From contig CM114271.1 in the NCBI GenBank assembly GCA_050084515.1, forward strand, positions 33,294,001 to 33,358,000: DNA of 64,000 nt, written 5' to 3'. The DNA comes from Blasia pusilla. Lineage: Eukaryota. Each line of letters starts with the position of its first letter. The stretch's first letter is position 1. Shown here piece by piece: positions 13,518 to 23,216 of this stretch. A program made the position numbers and the translations under genes. Below the pieces are notes generated by a model. The model did not search any database, was not told where the DNA came from, and saw only the letters and a list, made by a program, of their open reading frames with translations.

Positions 13518-13665
13518 CTATGTACATCTGGGACACATCCATTGTCCCTGAGAAATCCTGGTGAGAGGTGGCGTCAAACATGTCATAGGCCAACCTCTCC
13601 AACATCCATCATAGACTAGCATCGTGGCCGCACCACGGGCAGAATCACACAATATACAACGCAAG
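13518..13665 (-). other. PHD (C4HC3) zinc finger at the integrase C-terminus
   Basis: CILCDSARGAATMLVYDGCWRGWPMTCLTPPLTRISQGQWMCPRC matches the PHD consensus CxxC...LxCDxCxxxxHxxCLxPPLxxxPxGxWxCPxC, with two ligands mutated (C>Y, H>P). Confidence 0.85.
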
Positions 13666-16600
13666 CCTGCAGGAACTACTGCTAAGCTTGGATCTACTGT
13701 ACCATCAATGTTAGGAAGGTGACATGGCGTACAATTACGCACATGGTCCTTCCATACCATACCATCGCGTCCCTCAAACAAGAAAACACCGGATGGAAAA
13801 ATATCACGCACTCTCAGGATAGTGGGCCTTGCAATCACATCCAACGTCGTCGGTGCCGTCTGTTGCAAGTAGACATAATCTCCCTGATGAAACCTCCGAA
13901 TAGTTGGTCGATAACCACCACCCCGAATAGTCGCATACCTCAACGTATCCCGATGCTGCACAATCGCCAAGTTCTCGAATACCATGGGCATCACTCTCCG
14001 AAACAACTCAGCCCTCTAAGAACATGCTCGCATCCATACATCTGGGTCATCAAGGTCCAGCACCTCACCAGCATCTCGATGAATGGCCATAGGTAAATCT
14101 GGCTATGGGCCATAAAGTAGCAAGTACGGTGAAAAAGACGCTAAGGATGCCTGCCTGCTGAATCTGTATCCCATTGCCAACCAAGGCAACAAGAGGTCCC
14201 AATCTCCTAGGTGACCTCTCTGCAAGCCATACTTGCGTAAACCCCTCTTCACCGTCTACACAACTCTCTCCGCTAATCCATCCACCTCATGATGATCTCG
14301 CGAAGTCGTGCGATGGTCGATCAGCGCCTGATCACACAAGGCCTGGAACTCACCGTGAAACTTAGTACCCTGGTCTGTCAACACCTCAGTCGGTGCGCCA
14401 TAATGACTCAGCACTATGTCAAGGAAGGCATAAGCTACTCCCTCACTCACTTTGTCAGGCAATGCAACCAACTCAATCCACTTCGAGATCTGCTCGACCA
14501 TCACCAACACATAACGACTGTGACACTCCGTCAAAGGCAAAGGTCCTGCAAAATCCAAACTCGATCTATACCCTAAGCCCATGATCGATAATGGATGCAA
14601 CTGTGGAGTCGGAGCATTGAACCATGCTTGGACCCGATCACACACCATGCACTTGGCAACAAACTGCTGAACGTTAGTCTGCATGCCTCGCCACCAATAC
14701 TGAATCTGGAGCAAGCTGTTCGTCCGCTTCATCCCAAAGTGACCCAACTCCTCGTGGGCATGCTGCACTAGTCGTGCTCTTTATGAAGGGTGCGACACTA
14801 CGCGTACTCTGCCATCCTCCCAAATCCTCAAAACATGTGTCCCCTCCCAACGGAACCGTCTGGCCCGTTGTAGGATCCGATCCTGCTCTCTAGCACCCAC
14901 GGTGCTCGCAACGCTGCCAGTCAGAAGGTACTCCAAGACTACTTCATCATCATGAATATCTCGGCCATCTGTCGTCTCCTCACTGGCCTCACCCTCCAAG
15001 GACTCTCCACTAGACCTCACCATCAAAGTCTCCACACTCTGGCTCTCCATAGCCAACATGTCTAAATAGGCTGACGCGTACCATCCTGGCATTAACTCCT
15101 CATCACTCTCTCCATGCCATCGAGTTCCAGTCGCATCTTGTTGACTCGGGCATGGGTTAAAACTCAACCCATCTGCATCCTGGTTGAGCGTCCCAGGTCT
15201 ATGTACCACCTGAAAATCATACTCCTACAACAACAGAGCCCATCTCGCAAGCGTCCCTTTAAGCTTGTCGGACTCCATCAATCACTTCTGTGGTTTCCGA
15301 ATAAGTAACCCTTGAAATGTGCGACAGCCCAGACTACAGCCAAGCACTCACCCTCATATGAGCTCTACTTTGCCTCTGCAGTGTTGTTCGAGTGGCTAGC
15401 ATAAGCCACCACAAACTCTCTACCCTCATCATCATGGTGGATGAGCACCGCTCCAAGCCCCAACATGCTCCAATCTGTGTGCAACTGGAAAGGACGCCCC
15501 CTGATCAGTCTCCTCAAGATGAGCGTGGACGTCAACCTGTCCTTGAGCAACTGAAATGCTCGCTCCTGCTCATCCCCCCAATGCCACTTGTGATCCACTT
15601 TGTTTAGCAAGGTCAGCGGCTTCGCAATCAAACTAAATCCCTTGACGTACCGCCGATAGAAGTTTTCCAATCCCATGAATGCGCGAACACGGCTCACATT
15701 TATAGGACGTGGAATGCGTGAGATGGCCTCTACCTTTGTCTGTTGAACACCAAGGCCCCCTGGGTATATCGTATGACCCAAGTACTCAATCTGATCGTAG
15801 AAGAACTTGCACTTGCCTAGATGTAGCTTCAGCCCATGTAATTGCAATCGTCGAAACACCTCCTCAAGATGTCGCTCATGCTCCTCAACCGTGGCCCTAA
15901 AGACTACGATGTCATCAATATAATACCTAGCAAAATCCAGACCAGCCAAGATCCTATCCATGAGCCTCTGAAACTCAGCCGAGGCGTTCTTTAACCCAAA
16001 TGGTAAGAATCGCCACTGGTACAAACAATCCTTCCCATGAGGATCGATGCCCCAAAATGCCATCTTCTGCCTGTCCTCCAATCTGATAGGCAGCTGATGG
16101 TATCCGGCTTGCAAATGCAATCAACTGAAAACCTTTGCATAACCAATCGCATCAAAGATCTCCTCAGGGGTGGGCATGGCATACCTATCGGACTTCGTTT
16201 GCCGATTGATAGGTCGGTAATCCCCACACATCCGCCTATCCGTCTAGTTGCCATGCACATCCTTCTTGGCGAGCATGACAATGGCAGATGCATACTCCCC
16301 ATGCGACATCTCCACTAGTCCTGCTCCAACCAAGTCCTGGCTCCTACTCTGAATCAGAGCCCTCCCCATATCACTGTACCTGTAGGCTCGTCGGAAGATC
16401 TGCGTATCACTCGAAAACTCAATGCGGATCCCCGGTCCCTTCAGCGTATCCAAATCCTCCATGCTAAATGCAAAGCAGCTCCTATAACTCTTGAGGAAGT
16501 GATGTATTCGGCGCCGCTCTCCTCCTCTCAACTTAGGGCCCATATCTGGCTCCCAAGTCTCCATCGTGACTACGGTAGGACTCGCCGGCGCGGATATCGG

Positions 16601-16807
16601 TGGTTGCTATGGTGCAACCCCGTCTCGAACAACAACACTCGACCACTCTCTTGCACCCAACTGCAAACTCTGATCTCCTCCACATACAGTGCTCAGAACC
16701 ATGCTCAATGTTGTGGCTATCATCTCCTGGCATACCTGCAAAACATCCCAAGAAGTCCAAGGGTGTCTCTCTCAATCTCCCCTGGTGTGTCAATCTCCTC
16801 ATGTCTC
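13518..16807 (-). pseudogene. Decayed pol of the MTase retroelement: RT, RNaseH, DDE integrase, C-terminal PHD finger
   Basis: ORFs 16244-16564 and 15365-16120 (GYHQL, FLPFGLKNA, YIDDIVVF, LHTDWSMLGLGAVL); 14256-14768 (AHEELGHFG, CMVC, LDFAGP, TDQG, GLAER); 13518-14006. Confidence 0.92.
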
Positions 16808-17811
16808 TGTCGCGACCCTCATGACCAAACAAGTGCCAAGCGGAACATCGGAACATTAGCGGGCTCACGCTAAGATGGTTTGCGCGTTGGAGTTGTCTCA
16901 AAGAGAAGACAAGAGACGAGACGCGAGCGAGAAGTCGCGTTTCAGATGTGATGGTCGCAACTCAAAAACCTGGACCAAATGCGGAATGAGACTTGAAAGA
17001 AGTCGAGTCTAGGAAGTGGGTTGCCAAAGGAAAGATCCGGATTTGGAACGCCACTTGCGTTTGAGAGTTTCCGACTGTATTTATGGCCATAACTTTTAGC
17101 GCCAAGATGCGTTTGGAGAAAATAAGAGTGCGTTGGAAAGCTTATGAAGAGCCGGTTCAAACACATGAAAGATCGCTGCAAACGCATAAGCAGCAGCCGA
17201 GATACGACCCGAAAACGACTGTGAGTGGAGTCGGGTTGAGGGCCACAATGAAGGGCCCGAACCTCTTTTCCCAAAGGGCAGGGGTTATTGGAGAACCCCA
17301 GAAGTACTAGTAAGGGGGAAGGTCTCCGAGAGTGCTTGGAACCCAAACCCCACTTTGGGCGCCGCGGGCGCTCAAGGGCATGGAACGGAACGCGAGTTTG
17401 GGCGTTGGGTTGGAAAACCTGCACCAAGTCCATTGAGGCGATTTTAGACATCCCTCTTGGATTTCACGCCGCGACTCAATTACTTGGGTCTCGGTTCGGA
17501 ACTCACACAAGGACCGTTGAATAGTTGGGATCGCTAGGCGTGCAAGTCTTGCATTTTTGAGATCCCTGGACTAACCAGGAAGTCTGTTCCAAGTCTTGAA
17601 GGACTTGCCATGTGTTGGGAGCTAGGAACTAAGGAAGGTTGAGCTTGATGAGACGCCGAGTTTGGGACTCGGTGGGTTGGAACGCCGGTTGGCCAAACCC
17701 GACTAACGAGAGTGCGTGTTTGGGTGCAGATCGGCGAGGAGTTCGTGACCTACTAAACGCACGCTTCCGCAACACTAAAGATTGACGTTCAAGGAGAGTA
17801 GGGGCGCGACA
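16808..17811 (+). mobile_element. Solo LTR of a diverged chromovirus subfamily
   Basis: TGTCGCGACC...GGCGCGACA, ~1 kb, similar to the other chromovirus LTRs. Perfect 5-bp TSD GTCTC (16803-16807 and 17812-17816). Confidence 0.94.
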
Positions 17812-17904
17812 GTCTCGCCCCCAGCCACTGCCTCCACCGTCTTGGTAGGCATGGGGCTCACCAACGCAACTACTGTGATCTGTCGCGATCTCATCCAACG
17901 CTGC

Positions 17905-18704
17905 TCAGCCACTCCCAAGCTGAAGATCCATGTCAAGCAGTTCAGGTCCATCGCCTGACCTAAGACATGGCGTCATGATGCCTCTGATACTGACGGTACT
18001 GCCGTCACTCATGTGGGAAATCCCATCGCCCACTCTCTCTTGTCGGTGTTGGGCTCCACCAACCTCTGAAGACCGGCCTCCTTGAATGCATATGAAGCAG
18101 GAAAACTCACAAACGTGGGAAAGGCTGCCCGCGGCTTGCCTACCCTGTTGACCACAGTCAACGGAAGTCGATCATCGTGCCTCACTGCCTGTGAGCGACG
18201 ACCTAGATCCACAATGGAATCCACTAACAAATGGGAGGGGCGCTCCACTCTCGCATATGCCCTCCGTAACACCGCATGGGGCACCAAGTTGGTCCATCAT
18301 AGACGCGGGCGATGGGCTCTAGAACCTACACTCGCCGCATCCAAGAACAATACTGGACCGATCCAGGCACGCTCTAGATGAGCACTCGTCACCACCCGTG
18401 ACCTGGAGTTTCCTAAGATTGGCACATTCTCCAGAATGTAGGCTGGAGAACGAGACTGGTGCTCCTGCAACTGCCGTAAGACCCTCAACATCTCCCAAAA
18501 CAACTTGGACCGAGTGTCAGCCAACCCGCTGCCTCGTCCAGCACTCGATTTGCCTTGACATGGCCAACCGGAAATCACCAAATCAATGGTGCCTAACCGG
18601 TCTAAGTCATGCGCCCCCAACAACGAAATATCCCTCGGTAAGGAACTCTGGTACCCTTGTACCGCGCATGCAGACAATAAGTCAGGAAAACATAGGCGTA
18701 ACTG
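17905..18704 (-). pseudogene. DNMT3-like C5 cytosine DNA methyltransferase domain (motifs IV-X) within the retroelement pol
   Basis: IDLVISGWPCQG (motif IV, catalytic PC), GLADTRSKLFWE, YILENVP (VI), DAASVGSRAHRPRL*W (VIII), REWAMGFP (IX), R(*)RHVLGQAMD (X). Contains in-frame stops. Confidence 0.88.
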
Positions 18705-19201
18705 CACCATCTCACACCATAGCTCTCAAAGGTGTGCACTCTCTCTCATGTCAAACCAAACCCACTCTCCTAATGAGAGGCTTGGGTTACACTCACAAGG
18801 CAAGGGACCATAGCTCCGCCGCCTCATGCCAAGAGGTTCAATAAAGAGAGAATGAGCTCTCAAGCTCTCTCTCTTTCTCTCCTTGAGGTATACCCCTCCC
18901 CTCACCCAAGCTCTCTCCATGGTAACCTATTCTCCCAAGTCACCTCCTTGGCTTTTGACCTGATGTAGGAGGTCAAGGGCCACTTACTAAAAATAGAAAG
19001 GTGATCATATATTCAAAATGGTACTTACCTAAAATAGTAAGTTGCTCAATATGGCTCCAAATGAACCGAAACGAAGGGGAAACCGGCTCTCTCAGGTTTC
19101 CCAGAGCCTCAGCAGGTAATCCTCGACCTACTGAGTGTGTCCTCCACTACTCATGAAGGCGCTCTACTAGATCTCACCGATCTATCCTAAAAGACGTGAC
19201 A
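18705..19201 (-). repeat. Terminal repeat A1 of MTase retroelement copy 1
   Basis: Matches 5397-5752 plus 13114-13200 and the reverse complement of 58524-~59000. Fused directly to the MTase by a deletion. Confidence 0.9.
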
Positions 19202-20734
19202 GAAAGGAGTGGAACTCAACGGAAAGCCAAGAGGGTCAACATTCTCAAAGTCACCAAACGCCAAAGTGATTTACTACAATTGTGGCGAACCCGGGCATAT
19301 GGCTAAGGAATGTGTGAGGCCCAAGGTTAGTAAACCAAGTATGATTGCGTTTCCTACTAAGCACTTATCGGCGGGAGATCTAGATACATCTCTCCAAGTC
19401 ACCAAGAGAACGCCCAATTTGTTTTACCTAGGATCCAAGATCGCTGATTGCAATGTGATGTTGCTTGTCGATATAGGTGTTTCGCACTCATTCTTGAGCC
19501 CAAGAATCTTGAAGGCATTGGGATTGCCGTGGGATGCAGAGTATTTGAGTTGAAGGAGAATTTCAAAGTTTGCGACATGGACAGAATCAATGGAGTCTTG
19601 GGGAACACGTTCTTGGATGCGTATGAGGTGGAACTGAGGCAAAGACCCTTGAGGTTGAGCATCTTGGTTAATGGCAAATGGACGGACGTTAGATTGGTTC
19701 GTGAGGTTCCTAGAAAGACGGAGTTGGTGAACGCCGTCACGAGGACGAGTTTGACCGAGTTAGAGGAAGGATTCCTTTGGTTGATGAGACAAGTAGACGA
19801 TGATAGAAGCGCAAGATGCAGAGATCAGAACTCAGCTTGAAGGGGAATCCGTGAAACACTCAAGAGAGTTGTGAAAGGATTTGGATATGTATTGACTAAG
19901 GAGCTTCCGATTGAGTTGCCACCACATAGGGCAATTGATCATAAGATAGAGGTGATTCCCGGATCTCAACCACCTTCAAAGGCGCCATATAGGTTGAATC
20001 AAGAAGAATTTGTAGAGTTGAAGAAAAATTTGGGTAAAACTCCTAGAGAGGGGTTACATCCGAACTAGCAAGTCACCTTATGGAGTGTCCGTCCTATTTG
20101 TGAAGAAGAAGGATGGAAAGTTGAGACTCTATGTTGATTGCCCGGCACTGAATAAAGTGACGATAAGGAATAACTATCCTCTTCCGGGGATGGATGACCT
20201 CTTTGATCGATTCTCAGGTGCTACGTATTTCAGCCGCACTGAGCTAAAATCAGGATATTATCAGATTCGGATTGCCCAAGCGGATGTAGAGAAGACTGCG
20301 TGTAGGACAAAATACGATTTGTTCAAGTTTGTGGTAATGCCTTTCGGTCTTTGTAATGCGCCTCCGACGTTTACCACTTTGATGAACTCCATCTTTCATA
20401 AGGAGACGGATGAGTTTGTGATCATCTACATAGATGACACTCATCTATTCGAAAACACTAGAGGAGGATGCTCGACATATGAAGACGGTGTTTGAGAAAC
20501 TCAGGGCGAACAAGTTGTATGCGAATGCGGACAAGAGTGAGTTCGGTTTGACAAAGATCAAGTTCTTGGGACATATGGTTAGTGCAGATGGAGTGAGTCT
20601 AGACATGGAGAAGGTAAGCGTGATTTCCGAATGGGAACCGCCTTCCATCGTGAAGGGGATGAGGAGGTTCATCGGAGCGGTCAAGTTTTACCGGACACAT
20701 GTGAAGAACTTTTCGGGAATAGTGAAACCTCTCA

Positions 20735-22455
20735 GAAGATTTTTTCCCTTGGAATCTTGACCGTAAAGAGAATTTTGTGACAAAATTTCATGATTTATGG
20801 AGTTTATAATGAAGAGGAGGGCCACAAAATGAAGAAGAAAGAGGATGATGAATGATTTATAAGTAATAATCCAAGTCTTCTTTGGATTTTGACCTTTTTA
20901 TTGAAGCCTCATGAGTTCCCACCATTGGATGGAGCTGAAACATGAGGGATGTGGGGTTGCAAAGGCCCTCTTGCTTTTGGACCATATGAATCTTCCATAT
21001 CATACTTCATGCTCAATTTACAATTGGGAGACCATATTCAAGGTTTCACATTTTTTATTCCTTCTTTGAGTGGTCATTTGGAGATTTTTTTTTTCCACTG
21101 GGATCGTGACACTAAAGTACATGTTTTGACAAAATTTTATGATTTATGGACTTTTTGGTGAAGAGGAGGGCCAAAAAGTGAAGAAGAAAGAGGACGATGA
21201 GTAATTTATGAGTATGTTCCAAGTTTTCTTTCGATTTTAATCTTTTTATTGAAGTATCGTGAGTCCCACCGTTGGATAAAGCTGAAACATGAGGGATGTG
21301 GGGTTGGCCTCTTGCTATTGGGTGGTGTGGATCTTCCATATCATATATATTTAATTTAAAATTGGGAGACCAGATTTAGGGTTTTGGATTTTTTATTCCC
21401 TCTATAGGTGGTCATTTGGAGATTTTTTTTCCACTAGGATTTTGACACTCAAGTGCATGCTTTGACAAAATTTCATGATTTAAGGACTTTGTGGCAAAGA
21501 GGAGAGATAGAAAATGAAGAAGAAAGAGGACAATGAGTAATGTTCCAAGTCTTCTTTCGATTTTGATCTTTTTACTAAAGTATCATGCGTTCCCACCGTT
21601 CGATTGAGTTGAAACATGAGGGTTGTCGGGTTGCAAAGGCCATCTTACTGTTGGATGGTATGGATCCTCCATATCATACACATTGTTCAATTTAAAACTG
21701 GGAGACTATATTCAGGGGTTTGAACTTTTTAAATCCCTCTACGAGTAGTCAATTGAAAATTTTATTTTTCCACTAGGATCTTGACACTGAATTTCATCTT
21801 GTGAAAATTTTTCATGATTTATGGACTTTTTGGTGAAGAGGAGGGATAGAAAATGAAGAAGAAAAAGGATGATGAGTGATTTACAAGTAATGTTCCAAGT
21901 GTTCTTTGGATTTTGACCTTTTTACTGAAGCATGAGTGATGTGGGTTTGAAAAGGCCCTCTTACTTTTGGACAGTGGAGATCCTCCATATCATACTTCAT
22001 GTTAGATTTAGAATTGGGAGAATATTTTTAGGATTTTGGACTTTTAATTCCATTTATAAGTGGGCATTTGAAGATTTTTTTCCACTAGGATCTTAACACT
22101 GAAGTGCATGTTGTGACAAACTTTCATGATTTATGGACTTTATGGTGAAGAGGAGGATCAGAATACAAAAAAGAAAGAGGATGATGAGCGATTTACAAGT
22201 AATATTTAACGTCTTCTTTGGATTTTGATCTTTTTACTGAAGCATGATTAGTTTCCAACATTGGATTGAGCTGAATTTTGAGGGATATGGGACTGGAAAA
22301 AATCTCTTGCACTTGGACCGTTTGGATCTTCCATACAAAAGTTCATACTCAATTGGGAAACCAGATTTAGGGTTTTGGATTTTTCATTTCGAATCTTCTC
22401 TGGTTATGCATTTAAAGATTTTCCTTTTTTTTGGGGATCCTGACAATTGTTGTGA
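20735..22455. repeat. Tandem repeat, about 5 diverged units of ~340 bp
   Basis: The motif gagattttttt..ggatcttgacac..caaaatttcatgatttatggac..gaagaagaaagaggatgatgag recurs at ~20735, 21080, 21420, 21755, 22070 and 22415. A remnant lies in opposite orientation at 26888-26957. Confidence 0.9.
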
Positions 22456-23216
22456 CGACACGTGGATAGGAGAACTATAGTTAAAATAACCAACAAGTAT
22501 ACATATGATTTGTAACAAAATAAACGAATTCCACCCTCTCTCAAGGGGGATGGCTAAGGGTCTTGTGAATATTTCCTCAAGAAGCAATACCTTATGGATA
22601 TTTCTGTGAGAAAACACAAAGTGACAAAATCACTGAAATCTTTACAAAACTTAGAGATAGAAAGTGGCGTAGTCCGTCCGTGCAGTCATAGAAGAGCTTC
22701 GATGGAACCTGAACATGAAGATAACTTGACATACGAGAATGCGCTACCGCTGCGGCTCGACTATTTCACTACTCGGGAAACTACGGTTTTTTACCTATTT
22801 TTCTTTGTTTCTATTAATAGAAAGTTTTTGCATATATATATATATATGGGGTTAGATAATCCTAGAAACGCTACTCCATAAACCACCTACGTCATATTAC
22901 TATGATTCCTTTGACATCTAAGTTGAAACCATCAATTTAGGCTTCTCCTCATACAAAGGGGGCGATCAGATTAATGGTGCTCAGAGAAGTGGATGTCGAG
23001 AATCCAACAATTTCATAGCGGAGAATGGTAAAATCTGATTTGAACCGGTTTTGAGATACCCATACAAAAAAATCCAAACCCTTGTATGGATCCCCCATTC
23101 TATACCTACACTTTCATGTGATGTTTTAAACAAAACGGATAGTCATGATTTTAACCCACTACGAGTACTCATAACCCTAGATCTCCCCATCATTAGAGCA
23201 CACACTGGATGATTGG

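Larger units (their letters stand above)
5245..19201 (-). mobile_element. Gypsy-type retrotransposon with C5 DNA methyltransferase and PHD finger, copy 1 (5' internal deletion; two nested insertions)
   Basis: TG...CA ends (tgtcgtgcgc at 5245, gacgtgaca ending 19201). Host gag is continuous across the two ends. On the minus strand: MTase, RT (PFGLKNA, YIDD), RNaseH (LHTDWS), integrase (H-H-C-C, SLDFAGP, TDQG) and PHD. Confidence 0.9.
3484..20734 (+). mobile_element. Ty3/gypsy chromovirus copy 1, 5' half (5' LTR, gag, PR, RT); interrupted by the 5245-19201 insertion and cut by an inversion at ~20734
   Basis: LTR 3484-4524 is followed by PBS TGGTATCAGAG. Gag-like ORFs at 4585-5244 resume at 19202 with a CCHC knuckle (YYNCGEPGHMAKEC), protease (LLVDIGVSHSF) and RT (PFGLCNAP, YIDD). 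Collinear with the copy at 5753-13108. Confidence 0.93.

Noticed and set aside
17905-18704. MTase as a host DNMT3/DRM gene or a bacterial restriction-modification gene
   Set aside because: Intronless, in the same orientation as and between pol domains in two independent insertions, with no cognate endonuclease or host N-terminal domains.
5245-19201. Classifying the split-repeat element as DIRS/Ngaro
   Set aside because: It encodes an aspartic protease and an HHCC/DDE integrase. I see no tyrosine-recombinase motifs, and its MTase is C5-type rather than the adenine-type found in DIRS1.
5240-19206. A defined TSD for MTase element copy 1
   Set aside because: Flanks CAAAA and GAAAG allow only an imperfect 4- or 5-bp duplication, so the length cannot be fixed from this copy.
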